From Thermomicrobiales bacterium (GTDB taxonomy: Bacteria; Chloroflexota; Chloroflexia; Thermomicrobiales; UBA6265), in NCBI GenBank assembly GCA_035936495.1, contig DASYWB010000112.1, positions 1 to 44,318 of the forward strand: DNA of 44,318 nt. Direction: 5' to 3'. The notes below the pieces were generated by a model. It made no database searches. It saw only the letters and a list, made by a program, of their open reading frames with translations, and was not told where the DNA came from. Of the stretch, positions 17,438 to 25,670 are shown one piece after another (the stretch's first letter is position 1; every line of letters begins with the position of its first letter). The translations under genes and the position numbers were made by a program.

Positions 17438-17566
17438 CCGTGACTCTGCTTTCCAGATAGGTCAAACCACCAATATCGTTACTCGCGCCGGGGCACCATC
17501 GCACATTTTGGACCGTACCGGGAGCACGTTAGCATGCCCTGCCTGCTACCAACAAATCGTCCGGGA

Positions 17567-18271
17567 TCAGATAGGATCGCTCGCCGCGGACGCGGCATGG
17601 AGATACATCGGCACGAGGCTCACGGCATCGTCGAACTCCCCCCGGCTGAACCGCTCCCAGGCAATAGTCACCAGTCCAGCCACTCGTCGTTCTCGGAGCA
17701 TCACCGGGGGCACGATCCCACCAACCCTCCGGATGCTGACCGCCTGCTCCTCGTTGAGCTCGCCGGTAATATATGGTCGCCGGCCGTGTCGCTCGATCTC
17801 GGCAGCCATCACGGTTATGTCTCCATTGCGAGGCGCCACGAGCTGGCTCCAGCCTCCCTCACGCGGCCCATACCTCGCCCAGGCGAGACGGCCACGACCC
17901 GCGGCGATGACCGCGATCGTCTCAAGGCCCGTTTCCGCGAATGGTCTCGCCGCGCCATCAAGGGTGGGAACGCCAATGAGTGGCAGGCCCCGGGCGAAGG
18001 CTAACCCTTTCGCCGTGCTCAGTCCGACCCGCAAGCTGGTGAATGCCCCCGGCCCTGTCGCCACCGCGATCGCCGATACCTCCCCCAGCCCGACGCCCTC
18101 GAGTGTCATCAATTGATCTACCGCGGAGAGGAGGGTTGCCGTCTGGTTTCTCCGCGCATCCCAGCTCAGCTCCGCCACTCGCCGTCCATCGGTCAGGGCT
18201 GCGCTTGCCCGGTCCGTCGAGGTATCCAACGCGAGGAGCCACTTGACCTCGGCGGGCGAGCGCATCGTCAT
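17567..18271 (-). CDS. tsaB: tRNA threonylcarbamoyladenosine biosynthesis protein TsaB
   Basis: The motifs are LLALDTSTDRASAAL and IAVATGPGAFTSLRVGLSTAKGLA. The ATG at 18271 follows GAGGAA-N4. Confidence 0.8.
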   Translation of the reverse strand: MTMRSPAEVKWLLALDTSTDRASAALTDGRRVAELSWDARRNQTATLLSAVDQLMTLEGVGLGEVSAIAVATGPGAFTSLRVGLSTAKGLAFARGLPLIGVPTLDGAARPFAETGLETIAVIAAGRGRLAWARYGPREGGWSQLVAPRNGDITVMAAEIERHGRRPYITGELNEEQAVSIRRVGGIVPPVMLRERRVAGLVTIAWERFSRGEFDDAVSLVPMYLHAASAASDPI

Positions 18272-18418
18272 CAAATTCCTCGGGGATACCCCTGAGCCGC
18301 TCCATCTAAGACTGGTAGTATTATGGATTGTGAGAATGTTAAATGGACGTGAGTGGTCGCGATGCCGTGACCAGCACGCCGATCTTAATAGCTCGTTCAC
18401 CGAAACTGGCTGGCGATC
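18272..18418. promoter_or_regulatory. AT-rich divergent promoter region (tsaB operon / sugar ABC operon)
   Basis: This is the locally lowest-GC stretch (gtagtattatggattgtgagaatgttaaatgg) between two divergent operon starts. TATTAT- and TTGTGA-like hexamers are present, but no confident -35/-10 pair. Confidence 0.35.
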
Positions 18419-19438
18419 ATGGATGATGAGATCACGCAACGGCGCGGCGCGTCTGGTCCCGTGATACGCGAAAGAGGGGAAATAGCCGGCGGGTCGTCAC
18501 TCTCGGTCCCGGGGCGACGGGGCGTCGCTCGCTCCACTCCTACTCGCCGCTCACTTTGGTCGCGCGTGGTCCATTCGGAAGTATTGCTCTTCACCCTCTT
18601 CGTCGCGCCCAATCTGCTTCTCTTCGGCATCTTCACGTACTGGCCGATGCTCTACAGCGGCTATCTGAGCCTGGTGAGCTGGGATTTGCTCTCGGCCACC
18701 AAGCCCTTCGTGGGGCTCGCCAACTACCGCTATCTTCTCGGCGACGATATCTTCCGGCTCGTCTTGCGCAACACGTTTGTCTTCACGGTCGGCTCGGTCG
18801 GCGGCTCGCTCGCCCTTGGACTCGGCGTTGCCCTGCTGCTCAACCAGCCACTACGTGGGCGCGACGGCGCCCGGGCGGTCGTCTTCGCCCCGACACTGCT
18901 GAGCGGCGCCGCGATCAGTATCATCTGGGTCTATATCTTTGATCCTCGCTTCGGCCTGATGGCCAAGCTTCTCGGCTTTGTCAATATCGCCTCTCCCACC
19001 TGGCTGCGTGACACGACCTGGTCTATGGTCGCGATCATCATCGTCTATGTCTGGAAGAATCTTGGCTTCGCGACGGTCATCTACCTCGCTGGGCTCCAGA
19101 CGATTCCGCGTGATCTCTACGAAGCGGCCAAGGTCGATGGCGCCGGGCCATTCAGCCGCTTCCGCAACGTCACGCTTCCGATGCTCTCTCCCATCAGCTT
19201 CTTCCTCCTGGTGACCTCGATCTTGACGACTTTTCAGGCCTTCGACATCATCTCCGTCATGACCCAGGGCGGTCCCGTCGACGCCACCAACACCTTGATC
19301 TACTACGTTTACGAGCAGGGGTTCGTGGCCTTCAACGCGGGCCGTGCCGCCGCGGCGTCATGGGTTCTGTTCATCATCATGTTGGCCGTAACACTCATCC
19401 AGCTCCGTTACTCGGAACGGAAGGTCCACTATGGATAG
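18419..19438 (+). CDS. carbohydrate ABC transporter permease (CUT1, MalF/UgpA-like)
   Basis: It has six predicted TM segments and the EAA loop LYEAAKVDGAGPFSRFRNVTLPML. An alternative GTG start lies at 18461. Confidence 0.8.
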   Translation: MDDEITQRRGASGPVIRERGEIAGGSSLSVPGRRGVARSTPTRRSLWSRVVHSEVLLFTLFVAPNLLLFGIFTYWPMLYSGYLSLVSWDLLSATKPFVGLANYRYLLGDDIFRLVLRNTFVFTVGSVGGSLALGLGVALLLNQPLRGRDGARAVVFAPTLLSGAAISIIWVYIFDPRFGLMAKLLGFVNIASPTWLRDTTWSMVAIIIVYVWKNLGFATVIYLAGLQTIPRDLYEAAKVDGAGPFSRFRNVTLPMLSPISFFLLVTSILTTFQAFDIISVMTQGGPVDATNTLIYYVYEQGFVAFNAGRAAAASWVLFIIMLAVTLIQLRYSERKVHYG

Positions 19439-20321
19439 TCGAGCGCTCCAGTTCCGGATCACTCGTTTGGCTGGGTACGGCGCCATGATCCTGATTCTCC
19501 TCGTGATCGGCGCTCCCCTCTTCTGGATGGTGACCGGCGCCTTCAAGACGAATCAGGAGATCCGGGCACTCCCGACCGTCTGGTGGCCCGAGCTGCTGCA
19601 ATGGACCAGCCTGGCCGACCTTCGCGCGTCCTACGTCAATTTCACGGAAGCCTGGGCCGCGGCGCCCTTTGGCCGCTTTTACCTCAACAGCACCATCATT
19701 ACGCTCGCCGGCATGACGCTCGAGGTCGTCAACGCGACGCTCACTGCCTACGCGCTCGCCTTCCTCCGCTTCCCCAAGAAGAACCTCGTCTTCATCCTCG
19801 TCCTCGCCGCGCTGATGGTGCCTAATCAGGTCACGATCTTGCCTAACTATGTCTTCCTGGGGCGGACCATGGTCGATCTCTTCGGACAGAACTGGATCAA
19901 TACCTATCAGGGCATCATCTTGCCGGGCGCCTCCGTGGCCTACGGCACGTTCCTCCTTCGTCAAGCCTTCATGGGCCTGCCCCGGGAAGTGCTCGACGCC
20001 GCCAAGGTGGACGGCTGCGGTCACCTGCGCCTCCTCTGGGACATGGTCATCCCCATGGCGCGGCCCGTCCTGATCACCTTCGGTCTCATCTCGATGGTCG
20101 CGAAGTGGAACGATTACCTCTGGCCTCTGGTCGTGACGACAAACGACAATGACCGGCCCCTGACGGTCGGCCTCACTTATCTCTTCAACCAGGAAGGCAA
20201 CACCGACTGGGGCGTCGTCATGGCAGCGACATGCTTCGTGATCGCCCCCTTGCTCCTCATCTATCTTTGGGCGCAACGGTTCATCATCGAGGGGATGACG
20301 GCTGGAGCGACCAAAGGATGA
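19431..20321 (+). CDS. carbohydrate ABC transporter permease (CUT1, MalG/UgpE-like)
   Basis: The EAA loop reads VLDAAKVDGCGHLRLLWDMVIPMARP. It overlaps the upstream permease by 8 nt. Confidence 0.85.
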   Translation: MDSRALQFRITRLAGYGAMILILLVIGAPLFWMVTGAFKTNQEIRALPTVWWPELLQWTSLADLRASYVNFTEAWAAAPFGRFYLNSTIITLAGMTLEVVNATLTAYALAFLRFPKKNLVFILVLAALMVPNQVTILPNYVFLGRTMVDLFGQNWINTYQGIILPGASVAYGTFLLRQAFMGLPREVLDAAKVDGCGHLRLLWDMVIPMARPVLITFGLISMVAKWNDYLWPLVVTTNDNDRPLTVGLTYLFNQEGNTDWGVVMAATCFVIAPLLLIYLWAQRFIIEGMTAGATKG

Positions 20322-20440
20322 GGAGTCCCCGGCCTCGAGCCGGCTAACATCGGTCCAAGCGCGAGCATGGTCGCCGTGTGGCGAACCGGCCGCTGGATAA
20401 GGCGCAGGCGTTGCGCCACGTATCGTACGAGGAGATGGAC

Positions 20441-21760
20441 ATGCGACGACACCTAAATCGACGGACGCTGATCAAGGGGACCGCCGGTGCGGCCGCCGCC
20501 GCGGCGGTCAGCAAGCGGAGCACGAGCTTCGCGGCGCCGGCGGTCATCAAGCAGACCGGATCGACCATCGACGTTACCTATTGGGGCTCGTATACCGACA
20601 ACTTGGGAGAAGCCGAGCAGGAAGTCGTCAAGCGATTCAACGAATCGCAGCAAGACGTCCGCGTGATCTACGAGTTTCAGGGCAACTACGAGGAAACGGC
20701 GCAGAAGCTGACCGCTGCACTCGCCGCCCAACAGATTCCTGATCTGGCACTCCTCTCGGACGTCTGGTGGTTCAAGTTCTACCTCAGCAAGGCCCTGGCA
20801 CCGATGGACGGCTTCATCGACGCCAATGAATATAAGACCAGCGATGTCGTCGATTCCCTCCTGGTGGAGGGCAACCGCGAGGGTCAGCAGTTCTGGCTAC
20901 CGTTCGCACGGTCCACCCCACTCTTCTACTACAACGACGACATGTTCCAGGAGGCGGGCTTGACTGACGGCCCGCCTGAGACCTGGTCGGAGTTCGCCGA
21001 GGTGGCGCCGTCTTTGGTCAACGAGAGCGAACAGCGGTCCGCCTTCGCCCACCCGAGCAGCGGCTCCTACATCGCCTGGCTGTTCCAGGGCGTGACCTGG
21101 GCCTTCGGTGGCCGTTATTCGGACCCGGACTTCACCATCCGCATTGCCGAGCCCGAAGCGGTTGCCGCCGGCGAATACTACCGGCAGTCGGTCGCGGATG
21201 GCTGGGCCAGCACGCCGGACGACATCGAAGCCGACTTTGCCAGCGGCCTCACGGCCTCGATGATGGCATCGACCGGAAGCCTCGCCGGCGTCAAAGAGCA
21301 GGTGGGAGACTCCTTCAATTTCAAGACCGCCTTCCTGTTGAAGGAGAAGGAGCTCGGCGTCTGCACCGGTGGCGCGGGGCTCGCGATCATGGCCGGTGCT
21401 CCGCCGGAGAAGCAAGAGGCAGCGTTCAAGTACATCGCGTTCGCCACGTCGCCGGAGATCACGACGTTCTGGTCGCAGGCCACCGGCTACATGCCGGTCC
21501 GCAAGTCGGCCGTTGAGAGCCCGGAGATGCAGGCGTTCTTTGAAGAGAACCCGAACTTCAAGACCGCGGTCGAGCAGCTGCCGATAACCCAACCACAGGA
21601 TGCCGCGCGGGTCTTCATCCCGAATGGTGACCAGATCATTGGCCGCGGCCTCGAAGAGATCACGATCAACCTCACCGAGGCACAGGAGGCATTGGAAGAG
21701 GTCGCCGCCGTTCTCGAGGAGGAAGCACAGCCCATCATCGAGCAGGTCGAAGGCCTGTAG
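20441..21760 (+). CDS. ABC transporter extracellular solute-binding protein (family 1, sugar-type) with twin-arginine-like signal
   Basis: The signal is MRRHLNRRTLIKGTAGAAAAAAV. The ATG at 20441 follows GAGGAG-N6. The family-1 SBP pattern WGSY...DVWWF...YYN is present. Confidence 0.85.
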   Translation: MRRHLNRRTLIKGTAGAAAAAAVSKRSTSFAAPAVIKQTGSTIDVTYWGSYTDNLGEAEQEVVKRFNESQQDVRVIYEFQGNYEETAQKLTAALAAQQIPDLALLSDVWWFKFYLSKALAPMDGFIDANEYKTSDVVDSLLVEGNREGQQFWLPFARSTPLFYYNDDMFQEAGLTDGPPETWSEFAEVAPSLVNESEQRSAFAHPSSGSYIAWLFQGVTWAFGGRYSDPDFTIRIAEPEAVAAGEYYRQSVADGWASTPDDIEADFASGLTASMMASTGSLAGVKEQVGDSFNFKTAFLLKEKELGVCTGGAGLAIMAGAPPEKQEAAFKYIAFATSPEITTFWSQATGYMPVRKSAVESPEMQAFFEENPNFKTAVEQLPITQPQDAARVFIPNGDQIIGRGLEEITINLTEAQEALEEVAAVLEEEAQPIIEQVEGL

Positions 21761-21801
21761 ACAACAGATGCAAAGAGCCTGATCGTGAGCTGATCACTCG
21801 A

Positions 21802-21854
21802 CCCCTTCTCCCGAAATCGGGAGAAGGGGTTGGGTCCCCGAGTTCAGAGGGGGC
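21802..21854 (+). repeat. intergenic hairpin-plus-tail repeat, copy 1 (also a likely bidirectional terminator)
   Basis: A perfect 12-bp stem ccccttctcccg-aaat-cgggagaagggg is followed by ttgggtccccgagttcagagggggc. It lies between convergent genes and is about 81 percent identical to the copy at 38077-38127. Confidence 0.65.
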
Positions 21855-21862
21855 CGCTTTCC

Positions 21863-22447
21863 CTACAGCCCGATGGCAATCGCGACCGCGATACCCATCG
21901 CCAGGAGTTGCGTCGCCGCGACGAGCCGGGACCACTCGCCGTGGGTGACTAGCCACACCCCGAAGGCGTCTCCGCCGATGCCGAGCCTGCGCGGCAAGAG
22001 CAGGAACGCCCAGACCGACCATCCCCGGACGCATCCATAGATGCCATAGAGCAAGGCTCCGAGCAGAGGATCGCCGAGGAGAAACGCGCTACAGGGGATC
22101 GCGTACCACAGCCAGAAGCCGATCCGGCTCGTCGCCCCAATGCCGAGCGCGGCGCCGTTGAGGCTTGCCCACCGGAGCGCGCCGGCGTTCATCCACCGCT
22201 GCGGGGTCTCCCCGTCCCATTGCAGGAGGCGCGGCGGCCTCGGGCCGAGCTCCAGGGCGCCAATACCGATCGCGATGACCGCCAGCAAGCTCGCGACCGC
22301 GACGCGGGCGTTGAACGAGATTGCCTCACCGGCGAATCCAAGCACCCAACCTGCCAGCACGCTCGCGAGCGTCGCCGCCAGCGCAAAGACGACCGCCTTC
22401 GCGATCCACGACGTCCCGGCTTGATTACGCTGGTGAGCGGCATGCAC
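21863..22447 (-). CDS. polytopic integral membrane protein, family unknown (downstream part of an interrupted reading frame)
   Basis: The 194-aa ORF has about 5-6 hydrophobic spans and a PC dipeptide in a TM segment (YAIPCSAFLLGDP). The GTG at 22447 has no SD. The same frame continues upstream to the ATG at 22630 across a single TGA. Confidence 0.6.
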   Translation of the reverse strand: MHAAHQRNQAGTSWIAKAVVFALAATLASVLAGWVLGFAGEAISFNARVAVASLLAVIAIGIGALELGPRPPRLLQWDGETPQRWMNAGALRWASLNGAALGIGATSRIGFWLWYAIPCSAFLLGDPLLGALLYGIYGCVRGWSVWAFLLLPRRLGIGGDAFGVWLVTHGEWSRLVAATQLLAMGIAVAIAIGL

Positions 22448-22474
22448 GATGCCGAACGCGGCGTTCGGCCCTCA

Positions 22475-22630
22475 GGGCAGCGTCTGTTGCGCGAGCGCAA
22501 CGAGCGCCGCCGAAACGGCGAGGAGGGCAACGAGCCACGCTTCACCATTCGGAGTCAGCCGAATCAGGAGGCCAAGGGCGGCTCCCCCGCCTACCCCGAG
22601 CGCGAGGAGCTTGCGACCGAGCGGCCTCAT
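22475..22630 (-). other. 52-codon in-frame upstream segment of the membrane gene, ending at TGA 22472-22474
   Basis: ATG 22628-22630 opens MRPLGRKLLALGVGGGAALGLLIRLTPNGEAWLVALLAVSAALVALAQQTLP (two hydrophobic spans), followed by TGA and then GPNAAFGIV-HAAHQ... of the 194-aa ORF in the same frame. Confidence 0.5.
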
Positions 22631-22643
22631 CCTGATTCAGGCC

Positions 22644-23186
22644 TTACTGGCGAATCGAGCGACTACCACCATCGGTTGGCGGCGGCGAACCGCTAGCCCC
22701 GTCCCGACTCCGCCGGGCAGGCGGTGACGGTGCTGGAACTGGGCTTGGCGTAGGTGCAGGGGACGGAGAGGAGCCGCCAGGAACCCGGATGCCATCACCA
22801 CCCGAGGACCCTGTACACGAGGTGTAGGCATAGGAGCGGCAAATGCAGGTGCTCTCGGCACTCCGGTACCAGTCACAACAGCGGTAGTACTTGCGGCACC
22901 CGTTGGCGTCGGCCGTGGTTGCCACCAGCCAGCATTGATTTCCACCACAGGTGTAAGCCGGGCCGTTGTAGCACTCGGTGCATCGTCCCCCGGAGTCACA
23001 CGAGTCGCAGCCGGGCGCGCCATTGCAGAGCGGTGGCGTCGGTGCGGCGAGGCTGGATTTCGGAGCGACCGCTCGCGTCGCCACGCCGAAGAGCGCTCCG
23101 CCCAGGAGCGTGAGAAACCGGCGCCGGCCAACGCGTGTCGCCGTGAGGCCCTCCCGCCCCTGACCGCTGCCCATTTCAGCCACCAT
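22644..23186 (-). CDS. TAT-signal cysteine-rich secreted protein, amine-dehydrogenase light-chain (MauA)-like core plus Pro/Ser-rich tail
   Basis: The twin-arginine signal is VGRRRFLTLLGGALFG...SSLAAP. The core has 13 Cys and 2 Trp in about 70 residues: LCNGAPGCDSCDSGGRCTECYNGPAYTCGGNQCWLVATTADANGCRKYYRCCDWYRSAESTCICRSYAYTSC. The tail reads SSPSPAPTPSPVPAPSPP. The ATG at 23186 follows GGAGGA-N7, and other in-frame ATGs lie at 23201, 23192 and 23174. Confidence 0.7.
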   Translation of the reverse strand: MVAEMGSGQGREGLTATRVGRRRFLTLLGGALFGVATRAVAPKSSLAAPTPPLCNGAPGCDSCDSGGRCTECYNGPAYTCGGNQCWLVATTADANGCRKYYRCCDWYRSAESTCICRSYAYTSCTGSSGGDGIRVPGGSSPSPAPTPSPVPAPSPPARRSRDGASGSPPPTDGGSRSIRQ

Positions 23187-23784
23187 GCCCATGTCCTCCA
23201 TCCGCCCGCGCTGCCGCCAAACCAGGGTCCGTCGCCCTCTTCTCGATGAACTGTATCAAATCAGCCGTGGAATCCAAAGGGGGCGCTTTCGCCGTCACGG
23301 TGCCGGACTCCACGCGAAGCGCAAACGGCACCCGTTGAATCGAAAGGCCGCGGGCCAGGGCCGTCGCTTGTGGGTCTCGAACATGCCGGACACCTGCCGG
23401 CAGCATCGCGACTAACCCATCCGCGAGCTCACGCCGCCCGGGGATGAGCGCGAGCACCCTTCCCTCTTTCGGAATCCCGGCCCGCCCGAGCCCCTCGGCC
23501 ATATCGCGGCACGGTCCACAGGTCGCGGAGAGGAGCAACAGATGCGTCGTGCCGCTGCCCAGCTCCGGCAGTGAACGCGCCACCTCGTCCGGCAAACGGC
23601 TGCCAATTTCAGGACCCTCGGCCATGGGATCGTAAAACGATCCAATGGCGCCGACTCCCTCTCCGAGCCGGTCGAGCCGCACCATGAGAATCGCCACCTG
23701 GCGGATCGTCAGGACCACGGCCAACGTCAGTAGTCCCATCCAGATGGCAGCTAGGACCAGGGCGATCGTGCCGAGGCCGCTCAT
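23176..23784 (-). CDS. membrane-anchored thioredoxin-fold protein (MauD/TlpA-like, CGPC active site)
   Basis: It has an N-terminal TM helix (IALVLAAIWMGLLTLAVVLTI) and then a thioredoxin-like domain with LLLLSATCGPCRDM. Its ATG overlaps the upstream stop as ATGA (23781-23784). Confidence 0.75.
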   Translation of the reverse strand: MSGLGTIALVLAAIWMGLLTLAVVLTIRQVAILMVRLDRLGEGVGAIGSFYDPMAEGPEIGSRLPDEVARSLPELGSGTTHLLLLSATCGPCRDMAEGLGRAGIPKEGRVLALIPGRRELADGLVAMLPAGVRHVRDPQATALARGLSIQRVPFALRVESGTVTAKAPPLDSTADLIQFIEKRATDPGLAAARADGGHGHGG

Positions 23785-24374
23785 GCTTCAGCCACCGGCG
23801 CGGGATCAAAGACTCCCCGGTTCCAGCGGAGCAAGGGTGGTACTTGCCGGATCAAGACGACCATGCCGAAGAGCGATGCGGCGGCCACGAGCTCCAGCCA
23901 TGGCTCGCCGGTATCCCAACGCCAGCGTCGGGGCGCACCGAGGGCTAAGACGGTGGCTAATAGCGCGAGCGTTCCCGTCCGCGCCAGTGTCCACCGTGAG
24001 AGCGCGCCATCACTCTCGCCGAAACAGAAGCAGGCAAACTTCTCACCACCGCGCAGGCCCCGGGCAATCAACCCGGTAAAGAGCCAGAGCAACGGAACGG
24101 CGACGAAGACCGCGACGGCCGGCACGAGCGCCAGCCCGACCGCCAGCGCCACTTCCACCGCGCCAAGGAGCCAGCCCAGAATCGGGAGGGGCCTCCGCAC
24201 GATCTGAAAGTCAACCAAGGCCATCGCCGCGAGCGCGGGCCGTCGCAGCTTGACGATGCCGCTGAGGGCAAAGACCGCCGCCAAGAACCATGACAGCACA
24301 CCGGACCCTGCCGGCGCCATCAGGGCCTCCAGGCCGTCGCGAAGCATCGCGGCCGCAAGTGCGAATCCTCCCAA
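23781..24374 (-). CDS. MauE/DoxX-family redox-associated membrane protein
   Basis: FLAAVFALSGIVKLRRPALAAMAL, then VEVALAVGLAL, and the signature FACFCFGES (the CGCFG-type motif) occur across 4-5 TM helices. The TTG start at 24374 follows GAGGAG-N8. Confidence 0.75.
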   Translation of the reverse strand: MGGFALAAAMLRDGLEALMAPAGSGVLSWFLAAVFALSGIVKLRRPALAAMALVDFQIVRRPLPILGWLLGAVEVALAVGLALVPAVAVFVAVPLLWLFTGLIARGLRGGEKFACFCFGESDGALSRWTLARTGTLALLATVLALGAPRRWRWDTGEPWLELVAAASLFGMVVLIRQVPPLLRWNRGVFDPAPVAEA

Positions 24375-24468
24375 TTGCTGATCTCCTCACCGTGAGCGAA
24401 CACGAGACCGGACGGGGATGCCGCGCTCACTGAATCGTAGCAGAGGCTCGTGAGACGCCGCGGAACCC

Positions 24469-24984
24469 TCACATTTGGAGCGCGTCCGCTTGCAGGCTTG
24501 CCAGCCATGCCGCGTAGTGTCCGTCGACCGGCACCGCTTCGAAGGTGAGGCGTCGCTGATCGACGCCGCCCGTCTCTAGCCTGACCAACAGATACGGCGC
24601 TTCGATCAATCCACCGGCACGCTCGGGCCACTCCACCACGGCTATGCCGTCGGGCGGCGCGAGGTACTCGTCGAAGCCAAACGTCTCGAGGTCGTCCACG
24701 CTTGTCAGCCGGTAGAGGTCAAGATGATAGAGCCTGAGTAGCTTGCCGGTGGCATCGCGCCCGTCATATTCAGCAACGAGCGTGAACGTCGGGCTCTGGA
24801 CCGGGCCCTTGATCCCCAACCCCTCCGCGATGCCTTGCGTCAGCGTGGTCTTCCCGGCCCCCAGGTCACCATGCAGGAGGATCACATCGCCCGCGCTGGC
24901 CAGGCGGCCGATGCGCGCACCCCAAGCGCGGGTCTCACCCGCCGAGTGGCTGACGATCACGACGACCGCGGGGCCGCCCATCAC
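24469..24984 (-). CDS. tsaE: tRNA threonylcarbamoyladenosine biosynthesis ATPase TsaE
   Basis: The motifs are the P-loop LHGDLGAGKTTLTQGI, SPTFTL, HLDLYRL and EWPE. Its start overlaps the HAD gene stop. Confidence 0.85.
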   Translation of the reverse strand: MMGGPAVVVIVSHSAGETRAWGARIGRLASAGDVILLHGDLGAGKTTLTQGIAEGLGIKGPVQSPTFTLVAEYDGRDATGKLLRLYHLDLYRLTSVDDLETFGFDEYLAPPDGIAVVEWPERAGGLIEAPYLLVRLETGGVDQRRLTFEAVPVDGHYAAWLASLQADALQM

Positions 24985-25670
24985 CCGGCATCCGGCAGGT
25001 TAAGGAACGCCTGCGCATCGAGACGACACAGGTCACCGACACGATCCAAGACGATCTCGGCGCCCGGCGACCCGGCCCCGGCCGCTTTCGCGTACTTGCC
25101 CTGGCGCACTAGCACACCGGTGAAGAGCACCGCCCCGAGCGCCGCTCGCACCTTGGCCAGATTGTCGGGCTTATCCTCCACCAGCACATACTGATCCGCG
25201 GGGAAGGCGGCGGTGATCTCATCCAGATGTTCCTCCTTATGCCCATAGACCAAAACAAATCCGTCCACGGCTTGGTCGATCCCCGACCGGGCGATCTTGC
25301 TCGGCTGGTACGCTGGATCGCCGTCGGAGAGCACCGCCACGCGCCCCAGACGGCGAAGATGCGCGATCACGTTCATGGCATCCGGGTAGAGGAAATCGGC
25401 ATACGGAAACTCCATCACGATATCAGCAAGTGCGGCCCTCTCCGCCACGGTGGCCGCCGGATCGGTCTCCTGCCAGAAACGGGCGAGGGTGGAGGGATAG
25501 CTGACGACGGTCGTTTCAGCCCGGATTTCCTCGTAGGCGCCCCAGAACCGCTCGGCACGCTCGTCGCCCACGGCCTCACGGATCCGCCGGTCCAGTTCGG
25601 CCTTCGCCGCGTCGTTATCGAGCAGGGTGTTGTCGACGTCCAGCAGAAAGACGATCCGGTTCACCGTCAT
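24981..25670 (-). CDS. HAD-superfamily hydrolase
   Basis: Motif I is FLLDVDNTLLDN and the motif III/IV region is VAVLSDGDP...LVEDKPDN. It has 4-nt ATGA overlaps on both sides. Confidence 0.75.
   Translation of the reverse strand: MTVNRIVFLLDVDNTLLDNDAAKAELDRRIREAVGDERAERFWGAYEEIRAETTVVSYPSTLARFWQETDPAATVAERAALADIVMEFPYADFLYPDAMNVIAHLRRLGRVAVLSDGDPAYQPSKIARSGIDQAVDGFVLVYGHKEEHLDEITAAFPADQYVLVEDKPDNLAKVRAALGAVLFTGVLVRQGKYAKAAGAGSPGAEIVLDRVGDLCRLDAQAFLNLPDAG

Noticed and set aside
18419-21760. Missing ATPase gene in the sugar ABC operon as an anomaly
   Set aside because: CUT1-family sugar importers commonly share a separately encoded MsiK/MalK-type ATPase, so the absence of one here is ordinary.
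22472-22474. Selenocysteine insertion at the in-frame TGA with the downstream hairpin acting as SECIS
   Set aside because: The 7-bp, 3-nt-loop hairpin is much smaller than bacterial SECIS elements. The context (TLP-TGA-GPN in a membrane protein) has no redox motif, and no sel genes are in the window. It remains an alternative to test, but a nonsense mutation or a split gene is more likely.
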